Source of the DNA: Tubulanus polymorphus
Taxonomy: Eukaryota > Animalia > Nemertea
Assembly (NCBI RefSeq): GCF_964204645.1
Contig: NC_134031.1
Location: 2,170,001-2,234,000, forward strand
Direction of reading: 5' to 3'
DNA: 64,000 bases
The position numbers and the translations under genes were made by a program. The notes beneath the pieces are model-generated. The model did no database searches and was not told where the DNA came from. It saw nothing but the letters and a program-made list of their open reading frames with translations. Of this stretch, positions 24,174-38,100 are shown piece after piece. Every line of letters starts with the position of its first letter. Within the stretch, counting starts at the first letter, position 1.

Positions 24174-27100
24174 ATGGATAAACAGCATCAGCAGCAACAG
24201 GCAGCGTCTCAACCTCAAATTCAGCAGATGGCAGAAAATGGTTTCACCTCAGCAGCCATGGAATTTTTGGCAACTCAAATTCCTTCACAGAAACAATATC
24301 TCCGTCGGGTAAGTTAAGAATTTATTCATCATAATTTTAACATCTTTTTTCATTTGAAATACTTCATGCTATAAGTTGATGATGTGCTTCGTATTCCTGT
24401 TCTCAAATCGAGTCGTCATGAAATAGATTTGTATAGTTATTTCGTTAAGATTTGTATTTGCTTACTCACTGCTTGTGACTTGTTTCTAACTCACTGCTTG
24501 AGTGTCTTGCAAGAAAATAGTTCATTGAGCATAAGACGTATGGTCAGTGGATAAATATGAATCCAGTGTGAGTGCTGCGTGGTAACCATCGCATCATACA
24601 CCTGTGATAGCTTATCTATGCGAATGAATTGCGAACTCTTTCGATTCGTATTTTCTTGTTGCCAACTGAATGTGCTTGGTATTTCACCTACGAAAGTCTT
24701 GAGTTCGTTTACGAGGCTTCCATGATATCATTCGCGAAATTGTGGTCATAGTTTAACCACTTATTGTGAGGACGATTCGATCGAAAAAGTCGATTTTCAT
24801 TAACATCCATTAACGACATACAATCAAACCACTAGCGTCGCGTCTTAACTACACATTCAATAATTACACGTTAGGATAGTGCTTTTGGCACTTAACATTC
24901 TAGCTGTTAGTTTCAGGCGATTATCGCCGCGTCGACCAGGTGATCTGTATATACACAGCGATAGAGATCAATCCTGTAGAATTTGACACTTTGCAAACCA
25001 GACAAGGGACCACTGTCTTAGGCATCGGTGACAATCCATTCACAGATTATCTTTGTTTTTGTAACATTTTACGAGTATATTCTGTGTTTTGCACGTTTGA
25101 GTTGCTGTGTATGAACAGTGGTTACTGTCATCAATTTCCCCGAGCTTAGTTGTTAATTTGATGATACAATTTCTATTTCATTCAGGTATAACTTCTTGAT
25201 CGCTTAGTATTATATTGCTTCGATAGAACGCTGACCACACTCAAACGTGGTGACCGGATAATAAGATAAAATCCCACTATTTACAGATTAAAAGAATTTA
25301 AAAACCAGAATTTATTTATTAAATCTAAAATATTTAAAAGACACGACGACACCTGACGATGATCTCTAGGGTGAGATCGAAACGTCGTGTCTTTTGAATA
25401 TTTTAGATTTAATAAATAAATTCTGGTTTTTAAATTCTTTTAATCTGTAAATAGTGGGATTTTATCTTATTGCTTCGATATTTGCACAAAATTCAAATGC
25501 GAATATCCTTTTTGGAAAAAAATAATGATTTGAGGTACATTATCTTTCCTTTTTCAAATTGCAAAAACCGATGAAATCTTATATTTTGAAATCTACATAT
25601 CGCTACATCCTGATTTGACATTTAAATTCGATATACATAATCAATTCCTGGTATTTAGATGAATAGATCAGACTTCCGTCATCTGAGTAGTCTGTATTCT
25701 TAACACGTACACGGCTATAGGCGCGCTATGTGAAATCTACGAGCAATGCTCGTAGGTGAAATTAACCCCTATTAAACGACACGTAATGAACCGTAGTCGA
25801 ATTACGCAAATCTACGCCGTACACAATGGCGGCAGATATCGCCTTTAATTTCTCCGCCATTCATTATTGAATTTCCCGCCATTTTCGGTTGAATTAAGCC
25901 CGGATTAGAAGTGGTAATTAGGAGCCGGTTGTATTAGGGTTTAGGTTGAGCTGTGATTTTCTCATACACACGGGCGGTATATTAAACCCCCTCCGGCGTC
26001 AGTCTGTGCGGCATTTGCGCGCATCGTATATCTTCACCGCTGACATTTTCTCAAAATCCATCGTCACCACGAGACTATCGGTGGTATTTCTGTCTTCGTC
26101 CGGTCTATTGCGATTCTTTCGCATGTTAAAAACACGCATTCTATACAAATAAAAAAATCATTTATGTCACAATGAAATAGGGAATAATTTTCTTTATCAA
26201 TCGGCTCGGGCGCTTGACCAGTCGTGCCGACTTGACCACGCGCGCTGCGCGACTCCTTTCACGCTCAAAAAATAGGTTTTTTATCGTATTGTGCCCGGGG
26301 CGTCTTTTAAGATAACACGTCTATTGATAACCCAGGTGTGCCCGTATCCAACAGTCAGAGAAATGACCATTTTTCAATTGTCCGGAATTTGTTTAGCAGT
26401 TTTTCTTGTATTCAATAAGTTTATTTTATGTTCTGTCGTTCCGGATTTAGAACCTGTCGCTTGACAACGTCCAACTCGCCTCTCAACGAAAATATTCATT
26501 TGTTTCTTTTTACGAAAAAAATAATACAATATTATCATTTTCGTTGCAGATTAATAAACCATTGGTCGAAAAGAAGAGACGAGCCCGCATCAATAACAGT
26601 CTGCAACAACTGAAGACGCTGGTCGTGGATGCTTTGAATAAGACGGTAAGCGACTAGATTTTACGTACATAAGATAAAACCCTGACGATAACATAAGCTA
26701 CGGAGATTAACTTATCTTATCTCGAAATCTATCAAGTCTTTTTAGTCTACTTAGAACACTCACAAGTTAAGGTATATATCTTGAAGATTACCCGAAATGC
26801 CAGTTCAACTAATTTAGGTTGTTAATTTTCAATATTGCGGGTCTTTTGTACATTTTTATCTAACCTATATTCGCTATCATTAAAGTTACGTTAAAGTTCG
26901 GAAGGTCGCGGTCGTAGCCATATTGAGCATGGATTTTTCTAAAAGTTTGCTCCGACAGCACGACTATATAGTACCCGTAATGCAGGCCTTAAACTTAAGC
27001 GACAATATTTCGTAATATGTGACCGTGTTGGGAGAGGGTTGCTATACGTGCCGTATGAACCTCTTCGAATCTTCATTCTCTATTACATAATGCGCAGGCG

Positions 27101-30100
27101 TCGATGTAAAATAACCACGTGGCCCGAACTGATTCAATTGATTTGACATATCGGGTCGAGAATTGCGACACATTGCGTAATCGACAAAATGTGACGAAAT
27201 TACCGACTGTTCGCGAACTACCCCCCTTTTAGTTATAAACCTTAACGACCACCTAAGATTAGATCGACGTAAGATTTGATAATTTTATAGCTTTTTCTCC
27301 GTCTAAGACGGGTATTTACCGAGCCGTCGGCGCGAGCCTCCATCGCACCTCAAGAGTCACGAGTTGACACAGGCTCTCCGGTTGCGAAACCACGTGATGA
27401 TAGAGTGTCTTGGAAGCTCGTGTCTTCTTCGTGACCCGGCGTCATATTGTATTGTGTCCGGGCGTCAAAAAATAACTTGACATTCTAAATGAATATAACG
27501 GAAATAGTGGTGGTTCGTGTGCAGGGAAACCGGAACTCAGCCATGTTTGAATGTCTCGTGCAACGTTTTAACATTCGTATTCTAGATTTAAAAACAGATT
27601 GTATAATATAAGTTAATTCTCTGATAAAAAAAAGGGCACAGATTGCACAGATTTATCAAGGCGTAGATTTAAGAGAAGTCTATACGACCATCTGAGTTAT
27701 AATCAATCAAACAACTTACGACCAGTCGTTAAATTGAAGAACATTTTGGACTTAGGTTATTACCGTTGGGCCCACATCTATCTTAATGAATTATTTTAGT
27801 ATCTTCGATCAATCAGGTTGGTTGCTCGTAGCTTTGACGTTGACGGTGGATTCTGGGCTCCCTTCTGACGAATATGGGCCAGTATGTTATAGCTTTCGTA
27901 TTGAAACCGAATGTATCAATTTCCCTAGCGATAAATGAAGAAATCCCACACTTCGAATTTGAAATTATACTATCAAATTTATTATTACGAAACCACAACG
28001 TTTCGGCTGTTGACTAACAGCCATCATCAGGTGGAATGGTGATAATGGTGGCCACCTGATGATGGCTGTTAGTTAGATGATGGGATTTCTTCATTTATCT
28101 ACAGTTTACACGGATTATAGTGTTTATTCGACAACTTCCCTAGCGATATTACCCGAAATTTGATGTACATGGATGTATAAAAATAGGAATATGAATTCTT
28201 TGAAATATGCCTTGAAATAATTACGCTGTGTTAGTATACGTTAGTACACGTGTTAGTATAACACCGGAAAGCTACAGAAAAGACTCGGACAATTCCGTGG
28301 ATTTGAATGGCGCTAGGTATGACAAAATGTAATCTTTCTGTCGCATATAAAGAAATCTTAACTCATCTTATTTGAACAGTTAACAAATATTTACAGTCGC
28401 TCGTGTTTGAGATAAGTCTGTGACGATAAAAGAGATGTTAAACGTTGTGGTTATATAGTATTGTACACTATATTTGCCTTGCGAATGATGGGGGTCAAAT
28501 ATTCCCAGGCACATTAAATAAATTATAAGAAGATGTGTTGACCCGCGTAGACACGAGGGGATATCCACAAAACTTGGCTTCTTTCCGAACGTGGCCATTC
28601 ATGGCACCGGATATACGTCCTCGATTTGACTGAAATTTCGGGCAAACAAACCCGACGGACTTAAACCGTTTCATTTCTCGCATAAAAGACAGGAAACCAG
28701 CCTCTCTCTCGGCGTATTATTCATCTGCTCGTGTAAAACGGCGTCTATTCATTCGAAGATCAATATCTCCCACCAAGTGCCTCGCGGAAAAATGAATCGC
28801 GTCTTGTTGATTCATTTCACCTATTGTCATACACGATTCCCTATAGGCGAGCGAGCGACATCCTGGTTTCGAATATTCATCGTCAATGTGAAGGAATTCA
28901 CGTGGATCGACATTTCTATAGAAGACATTTTATGATATAAACTGATCGTGTCCTCGGAATGAAAAAATGTACGCACAAAAGCGCACGTGCTACATCCAAA
29001 GCGGGTTCTATAGAATCTGATTTGCTTGTGGAAGACCAAACTATCTGTTTCCACATTTTCTAAATTAAGTTTTATGCGCATCGTAGCATTTAAGAATCCC
29101 ACATGGTTGTTGCTGAAAGTTTGAAAAATAGATTTGTAAAGGTGCACTATCACTCTCCTACCTGAGTCGTCTAACTGATGGTGAAAGTTAAACTGTTTGA
29201 ATATTTTTTTTCAGAATTCGCCAAAAGCTAAATTAGAAAAGGCAGATATTTTAGAGATGACCGTGCGTTACGTCAGAAATCTTCAAAGACAACAATATGC
29301 CTGTAAGTACGAGCTAAGATACAGAGCCCAATTCGGACCCTTTAAGTTTCTGAGAAGTTGTTTTTTCTAACTACTTCCTCCCGTGGATCCACTTAGAGAC
29401 TAAAACCATAACCAGGATTTGAAAACAGTCGAATAGCCAGACACAGAACGTGGAGAATTGATAGTATGATAAAGGAAAGCACTGTTCAAATCTAAAAGCA
29501 TAATTTATTATTCAAAGATTGGAAATTGAAAACGGAGGACACGAGGATTTGTAGATGTATTTCTATTATGTATATTGGGAGGGAATTCATCGAGTTGATG
29601 AATATGGAAAAATTGGAAAGTTTCGCCTTTGAAAAGATGTTCCACTTGACAGTTTTAAAAATGCCTCTTCTTATCGGAAAACTCCTTAACTTCGCTTTTA
29701 TGACCGTCAAAGTTAATAAATCGTTGGTGCTAGAAAGGTATCTGTTGCCGCACCTGGTTATGAATAAACATTTAACAACCTGTTTCGAGATGATTGCGGT
29801 CTTGTTAAGTTATCATTTCCTCGTATTGTATCGCCCGGGTCCGGCCACCTGTACAGGAGACAGCCATCTTTTGTTCAGATAAGGAAGTGTATTTGAGACG
29901 CTTTTCAATTCGAATTCCATAACCATCTGTGCGGGACATAGAATCAAAATTAGACATGAATCGAGCATTAGATTTAGACAATGTGACTGAGAAATTTTGA
30001 GAATTCTGCAGACAGGATGCGGGATTTAAAGGCTAGCTTATGTCGGGCTGCGTTGACTCTTATTCTGAGTTAATCTCCGTGAAAGAAAAACAGGTGTGCT

Positions 30101-33100
30101 TACGAATCATATCAACAGGTGTTATAATTAAGCCTGGCACTTTCCTTAAAATCTCGACTCCCAGGGTAAAGTCTATTCAGACCTCCATGGACGAGTTGCG
30201 ACTCAAATCAATCCGAAGTTGATCGAGGATTTAAAATGGTGGGCTACCTCACTGAATAGCTAAGTCTTTTCCGCGGTAATTTTCTCGATAGAGTTCCTAG
30301 AATTGGTCTATATCAGCAACACTCGATTAGATTCTATGATTATTCGTAATTCGTGTCAATCGACTTGAAATGGAAATTATGTCGCTTTCAAAAGCGAACA
30401 TATGTCGACGAATCTGTCCTTAGAACGGTCGCCATATGTCGCTTATAGAATCAACCTTGACATTCGTATTTCGTGACTAAATCGCGAAAACGACTACTGG
30501 AAGTAAATGAGGAGGTCAAAATATATACTTCAAAAGCATCGTGGCCAATCAAATATATCTATATTTATGTGGTAGAGAGGGAGATATCATGTACGTGACG
30601 TCATAGTTGAGTCAAGTGTTGGAGACTTGCCGTATAACGGCAAACATAATATGGTCATTTACAAATTACGGGGTGTCGTTGAAATTTCGGATTGTATCGA
30701 CCGGCGCGTCAAAATGGCGTCGGCCACGTGAAAAAACACTCAGATCTCTTAACACGCAACCTTGACCTGTGCGGTGACGAAAGGCATTTGCGCACGCACA
30801 CGCGATGGCTTGCGTTTAGCTTTTTATGTTCGGAAAAAACCAAAATGAACACCCGGTAACTTACCTAAGTCAGAGAAGAGAAAAGCACTAAACTTTTTAA
30901 GGGGGTGCAGCGAATGATAGTTCTTATGCAAAAGTATACTTTATTGAGGGAACTATGTATATATGTAAATGTGTTAAGGTTCTACGTGTCAATTGTGTAT
31001 TCGTAGTGGTGCAGTTTCTATTCAGCATCCATTCGAGTTGGTCCATTCGCATCCAGGTCATATTGCCTAGTAACTTTTGTGATGTGGAGTGAATAGGACG
31101 TGAATGACGCCGCGTGTTACACGGTGGCCTAACCCGACTACCGAAATCCTCTCTTAAAATATAGCGTCTCATTATTTATTAGTCGCCAAGTCATCAACGA
31201 CATCATCACCGTCGAATACGTGACTTTAGTCCCCATTAAATTCGTATTGTGATAATTAGTGTACGAGTTCCTTGTAAAGCCTTTCACCCGATAGACTTGG
31301 GATTCGTGAATTAAAGGCTAATCATCATGGGAATAGTAGGAAGGGTTTAAATGCTTGACACCTTTCCCATCTTGATAATAGCGACGCTAATTCTGAATTC
31401 GACTGAATTGATATTTAGAAATAATTCATTATAGAAGGCTCTCATTATCTATATGTGTATAAACTAACCATGGACACTATAACGAATTCATTTCGTTTTG
31501 TTCCATGCACCACCCTACTAGAAGAATACATTACTTAGAAAATATGTGATAGAACCTGGGTCCTTCTAAGCTATTGGAAACAGTTAAAGTTAGTACTTAT
31601 GTTGATGGTTCTATAGCACCGGGCTATACACGGTCAGCGCATTAGAAATACTAGAATAAACGTTGGGTATCACGAGTCCTGGAAAGTATTTCTACCTGAG
31701 TTGCCGGACCTGAACATTTCTATACTATACAAGACTATGCAATCTCCGATGTAGAATCATTTTAAATTTTTTTGTTATCATCGAATTTTCTGATTTATAT
31801 CTTCACAGCCAGCGCAGCAGCCGACCCTGACATCATCAACAAATACAGAGCCGGCTTCAATTCGTGCGTGAAAGAAGTTTGTAACTTCATGATGTCGATG
31901 GATAAAGTCGATCCGAACGTGAAAGCGCGTCTACTCGACCACTTGGCTACCACGATACAAACTAATCTTCCTTCGAGTTCACCGACTAAAACATTTCAAG
32001 CCAAACCGAGCCCTTTGAAAGGTAAATATTTGCCTCTGGTGGAGTCCATCTTTTGATATCATGATTTCAATGTTGGACGAATGATGTCGTTATTAATAAA
32101 ATCGTACGGAAACTGTTTTAACAGTGTATAATTTGTGTATTTGTCCAGGTTTACAAGAAAGAAATGTCACAGTGAATGAGACCCGAGGACCGCTGCAGAC
32201 TGTTCAGTTGAAAGCGGCTCCGGCCTCGACCCGACGTGAACCTCAGCAGACGATCCCGAACATCTGCTCTTTAGCCATGGAAGCCGAGGAACAACAGCAA
32301 CAGTTGTTACACGCCGGTTATCAGGTCGAGAACGTCAGCGACGTCGAACCAGATATCGAGGACAGCGAGCCCAACTGGAAAGAAATAATGCAAGCAACTT
32401 TCGGTCAAGAAAGTCTGAAACTCGTAACCGACGTTCAAGCTCAAACTCTGAACAATGAAGTCGTAGATAATGTACAAAAGCAGACGATTTCTACTGGAGC
32501 TGAAACCACTTCGAGTTCTGCGATACGTAGTCAAGTTGCGCTTATGATGAACGTGGCAGACGCTCCCCAGCAAATCTTCAATGTACAGGCGTCCCAGCAG
32601 ACACCAAAATCTACGAAGTCCAGACGAATTCTGGGATCAACGACTTGCCAGATCATTTCGATACCCCCACCCATGAAAACCTCCGTATACTGTGACCCGA
32701 TACCGGCGGCCAAATCGTTGAAATCTTTACCAGTTTTACAGAGCAAAGACGTCAATGCGACTTTGTCACCGGCCGTAGTCGTCTGTTCGTCACCAGACAC
32801 ACAACTGCCGTGCATCAACTCGTTCACCACAGCGGCTAAACCTAACAAACGCGTAAAACCAGTGACTTCCAGGCGCGTGGCAGCTTCAACAGTTACCCTG
32901 AGTCAAGCCCAGAAGACACCCGTAATGACATCGCTGACCAGCGCGGCTATGAACGCCTACGCCGCAGCCCAACCTCAGACGATCGCGGCGATGAATGCGG
33001 CGAAGATTCTGCCCAAATTCATCAAGATCAAAAACGAAAAAGCTGCCGAACAAAAGATGCCGAAAACGACGCCTCTCGACACGCTGAAGTATAACCAGCT

Positions 33101-33287
33101 ACTGACCGGCTACGTTTCTAAGGAACAGGCAAACCAGGCCAAGTCGGCAAGAATCGATCAGCTTCGCGCGCAACTGACAACTTTGAGCAATTCGTTCCCC
33201 GGTTATCAAAACATCATTCCGGCAAATATGGAACCAAACGAAAATATCGACGACGAAGATGACGAATCTGTCTGGCGTCCGTGGTAA
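24174..33287 (+). CDS. HES: Hairy/Enhancer-of-split (HES) bHLH-Orange transcriptional repressor, ~556 aa
   Basis: Exons 24174-24308, 26550-26645 ([25 protein letters not shown]), 29215-29302 ([16 protein letters not shown]), 31809-32021 (Orange: [19 protein letters not shown]), 32149-33287 ending WRPW*. Canonical HES intron positions and proline in the basic region. Confidence 0.95.
25226..25467 (+). mobile_element. Penelope-like element remnant (inverted pLTR-type) with 13-bp TSD, HES intron 1
   Basis: Direct repeat TATTGCTTCGATA at 25213-25225 and 25468-25480; 89-bp inverted repeat (25260-25348 / 25383-25471, one mismatch) around a hammerhead motif followed by AATAAA. Confidence 0.7.
25348..25391 (+). 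ncRNA. Minimal type-I hammerhead ribozyme motif
   Basis: GACAC-CTGACGA-T-GATCTC(TAGGGT)GAGATC-GAAA-CG-TC-GTGTC: helix I GACAC/GTGTC, 6-bp helix II, palindromic minimal helix III, GUC cleavage triplet (cut after 25386). Confidence 0.8.
27934..28135. mobile_element. Penelope-like element remnant with 13-bp TSD, HES intron 2
   Basis: Direct repeat TTCCCTAGCGATA at 27921-27933 and 28136-28148; contains an inverted full hammerhead, a partial forward copy, and the inverted GATAAATGAAGAAATCCCA segment. Confidence 0.7.
27993..28034 (-). ncRNA. Minimal type-I hammerhead ribozyme motif
   Basis: Minus strand: CCAC-CTGATGA-T-GGCTGTT(AGTC)AACAGCC-GAAA-CG-TT-GTGG, followed by AATAAA and GTGGGATTT like the 25348 element. 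Confidence 0.78.
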
Positions 33288-34453
33288 AACAAAACCACAC
33301 ACAAAATGATACTACGACTTAAGTTGTGGTTTGTACAAAGACTATAATGATCAATATGGTGCAAATAGGATATCTCTAAAAAGAGCGAGTTATTCTGAAT
33401 ATTGACTATAAACGGATATAGCATTTTCATGAGGTTTTTTTAACCCATAGCCCCCGAGATGATAAGCATTTATTTTTGTAGATGGAAAATCTACTGGGAA
33501 AATTACGAGGCAACTCGTCACTTTTTTCTACTTATGTATAGAAAACTTAATTTGTTGACTTTATATGTTGTATACCTTATCCTTTATAGCTTTTATATTA
33601 TATACATTTTACAGATTTTAGTTACGGATTTTTTACTTTCTTTCTATATTTACCAAGTCGGTAATTAGTTCAGTAGTTTCGTAAGGTCTTGAGCATTTCA
33701 AACGATAGTTTGATTTGGGTCATATTTCTGAGTTGGAAATATGAAAACCTGCTAGAAGACCACCCTCGTTAGCCTCTTAATTTTAAGGCTCGAAATGGAA
33801 TAGATGGTAATCTTAGTTCCATGTCTATTTACCAAGAGGTCACTACGAAAGATGTTTTCGTGTCTGTACATATTATTTTGTAATACTTCGTTAAAGAATC
33901 TACCAATATCAAAGTATTTGGTAATAATATCCTTTTATTCTAGACAACTAATCATATTGTCTTCCTGCGCTGTTACTTAATTGATATGTAATTAGAAAAT
34001 AGATTAGAAATTAGATACATTATATTCAAATCCAGCCTGCCACATCTACTTACTAGAATCGTGTACATTTATAGGTTTGAAAAAACCTAGGTTTGGAAAA
34101 AAAAACTTTGTATTGTTTTATGATTTTGTCGTGTGAAAATGTGCATCTATCCACTATATACATATAGATAACCATTGTTGAATTGTTAAAATGGAGTTTA
34201 TGTTTAAAAAAAATTAATAAAATCGGTTTAAAATTTGATCTTTGATCTGAAATACTATAGTTCACTTTTCGCTCGTTTATTTACACTTCGCTTTTAGGCG
34301 ACTTCGAATGCAGCCGAAGAAAATCGCGTGTTCACAATCGAAGCTAGGGCGCAGTCAGCACAACTCTGTGCGTTCAAAGCAACCTTTTTCATTAGAGAAT
34401 AGCCAGCGATGATCGGACCTGGCGACATTACTAGACTCAGCCACGGCTTATTA

Positions 34454-34668
34454 GGCTAAACAAAAATGATACCTTGTTTCTCCGCAGCGGCCGGGTCATG
34501 AAAAATATGATAAAATTTATAAACAGTTCATTTCTATAGCGGCCGGGTCTGTTATGGTAAAATTGATCACGATTTAAAAAAAAGTAATGTATAGGGTAGA
34601 TAGGCGGCCGGCCAGGTCAACATTTAAGCTCAGCAGAGCGGAGAAACAAGGTATCAATTTTTTTAGGC
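34454..34668 (-). mobile_element. Family C MITE, copy 3
   Basis: Reverse-orientation copy with a small internal deletion. Confidence 0.8.
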
Positions 34669-35198
34669 TCAGCCAGAACTGGTCTCTCGAGTGTGAATGC
34701 AATCGGTCTACGTTCGAACCGTGACAGCTCGAAGCCATCAGGTTCGAATCCCAGCATATCTTTCATCGAATACGGTTTGAGGTCGACGTTCAAAACACAT
34801 CGGGTCGCTGGGAGGGCCATTAAAATTCCCCAGAAACTGTATTAACCTATTCCTAAGGTATGGATCCCGATTCAAGAACCACAAAAAAAACTACGTTCTA
34901 GCGAGACTACGCGAGACAAGAACGAAAAACTCTTAATTTGGTTTTATCATATTTTCCACGAAAGATTTTTATTTACATTTTATTACACAAATAAAAACGA
35001 AGTTTAAAATTTCCACTGCATCATAACTATAATTTTCTAAAATGCATCTTGTATGTCACTCTTCCCCCAACCCGTTCAACTTGCATCAATCACTCTCCTC
35101 ATCTTGCTCACCCCTAGTCTGAATACCAGTCGTTGTTACCGGTTCCCTACATGAACGACGGCTAGGTACTAGACTAGCTCAACCCTCCTCTCGCCCTC

Positions 35199-38100
35199 TC
35201 AACTATCACTATTTAAAATATGCGAGAACTGGTCGCATATACGCGTAAAATGCGTTCCTTCCCAGAACACTTTCCCGCAATTAACGCACACGAAATACTG
35301 AGTAATTTTATCCAGTATGCCCTCGGGTACGGCTTCGATCTGGACGCGAGTACGCCGCTGTCCATGGCTCACAGTCAACGTGTCTAAATCCAGTTGACCG
35401 TCGTGTCCGCGCAGGGGAACGCTGCGCAGGTCTGACGGTCGCATTTCGTGCGGGGATCTCCACGTGCGTTTGATGTCCATGACGTCTTTGATGGTCTGTG
35501 CGCGACGCCACGCTTCCTGCATAACTTCAGCCGGGAATCGCGCGTATTCGTTACTATTACATATCTATAATATAGACTGAGAGAATTTCATCATTTCTAT
35601 TTCGTCAAGATTTGTTTGAAATACGGAATCAGTTCAACACGTTTATGTCATTACAAGGAAATCGAAGGTGGCTATGTGCTGAGACCAGAGTTCGACATGT
35701 TTAGATACTGGTAGTCATACTCAATTCATCAGGACCATACGTAGAACTCATGATTTGAGTTCTATGTCAGTTCCACAGTTCTGAGTTAGATCTAGTGAGG
35801 TTAATTTATTTTCAATTATGTCTATCCAAAATAAGCTTCAGAAGAGAGTTTAGGTATGCAAACAGCCACTACGAAACAATTCACGCCTTCAAATGTCTAT
35901 TTCTCATTAAATTAATTGCAACTTATCAATGTAGACCTCGAGATTCATTCCCATTCCACAGTTAAAATGAGTTCATTTTCAAGCCATGAAACTGTGGAAC
36001 TGGCTGCTCGATGTGTTTTATAGTCTCACCTGACATCGGCTGAATATATCCTCTTCTCTGACTTGTACGTTGAAATGTCGCAGCACTATCGTCGCCTGTT
36101 CTTTAGCTTTAGCGCACGGAACGTTTAAACACATTCCCACCGGTACCTGAGACTTCAACTGCGGAAAAACGATGTATTTCAAAATACAGTTCAACTCGAT
36201 TAGGGACACATTTTATTGGGTCTTGGCCTTTTCATTGTGCCCTTTCAGAAGAGGAATTATCTAATTTCTCTTTCTGTTGCCGCAATTTGGAGTTTCTGCC
36301 CAATTCTTCCATCTTTGTGATGAAAGAAATTTACAAATGGAAATTAGGCTAAACAAAAATGATACCTTGTTTCTCCGCAGCGGCCGGGTCATTTTTGTAA
36401 AATATGATAAAATTTGTAAACAGTTCATTTCTATAGCGACCGGGTCTGTTATGGTAAAATTGATCACGATTTTAAAAAAAGTAATGTATAGGGTAGATAG
36501 GCAGCCGGCCGGGTCAACATTTAAGCTCAGCAGAGCGGAGAAACAAGGTATCAATTTTTTTTAGCCTTATATTCCATCTTCCAGAAGAGCACAATCAAAG
36601 AGGGCTTTGATTTGAAAACTCACAGTCATGTACGGAAGTCCTGATGTCAAAATGACTCTGTTTTCTGCGCGAGCGATCTGGAAATAAAACGCAAACCTGT
36701 AGCGAGGCCTGATAATCAGTTGAGAGCGATGAAAGCGATATATGAAACGCATCGCGTACCTGAGCGGCTCGGTCGTGATCCATACCGTTATCTAACACTT
36801 TAACATCGACGCCGCAACATCTCAACTGTCGGCCCAATCCTTGAAGCATATTGTCAACGACTACAGATAGTTGATCGGGTCTAATCGGTTGATAGTTGCT
36901 GTTCGGAGTCGCTAGCGATAGCTGTGGCAGAAGATATAGATAGAGCAGGAGAGTTTAGATCATAACATGAATACAGGATTCAGTTCCACAGTTATGAGTT
37001 AGAGTTAAAATTACAGCAGCTCGCTTAATTCGGATCACCTGGAACTGGAAAATTGTGTCCGAATTAAACAAAATCCGAATTATGTGCCTTCATTTGTTTC
37101 ATTTGAATATAAGTCGCCTAGAGGGGACTGGAATTTTAGTCCGAAATAAGTGAAAATTCGAATGAAACCGATCCGAATTAAGCGAGTTATAGTGTAGTTC
37201 ATTTTCAATGAGTAAACCCCGAATCAAATCTTAACTCAGAATTGAGGAACTGGGTTCCAGGAACACACTTTGACTGTAGAATTATCATAACCGGTAATTC
37301 ATTTCCACTGTTCTACTATACCGGTATAATAATAAGGGAACTCGTGAGTTACTGACCTGTTCTGTTACAGGAACTCGCACGGTTTTCTCCGCGACGTATT
37401 TCTGTTTTTTCTGAGCGCGTGATTTTTTCGTAATCCAACTCGTCGACAGCGGTAGTTCCATATTCACTTTGATACAACGCGTTTTCGCTTTCTGTTTCAA
37501 CACGTCGTAAACCTCCAGCAAACAGAACGCATCGAGAGCTATGAAATAAAGCGAGAAGATAGAATGAGTAATTGCACCATTGTCAAGGTCTTTTATGGCC
37601 CCCTCCCTATCTTAAGCCTAGCGCACATCGACACTGCGATCGGAGACAACTAGTTGCTACCGAACGATTACCCCGCGCGCAACGAAATCTAGTTACGACC
37701 GGTCAGTTGCAGCAACTGCATGGCGCGTGTCGATCGTCGAGATCCAGAGCGCGCACAGCGACGGATATGACTGCGATTGAGTACAACCAGTTGCTCAAAA
37801 GTAGAACATGGGCAACTGACTGGAACTGGAGATAGATCGACGCTTACCAATCGTAAGCTCGCTCACATCGACACATTCAAGCAACTGATCGTATCCAGCC
37901 AGTTCCTCTCATGCGCCGAAAACTGCCTTGCAACTAGTTGTCTCCAATCGCAGTGTCGATGTGCGCTAGGCTTTAGGCCACATTACTGTTTGGTAACCGC
38001 TCAACTTCACAGTGAGTTTATACAAGTATCTATCTGCAGCCCGAACCCCCTTACACATATTAGTTTGAATCTTTACAGTTCATTTCCATGTAAATTTCAG

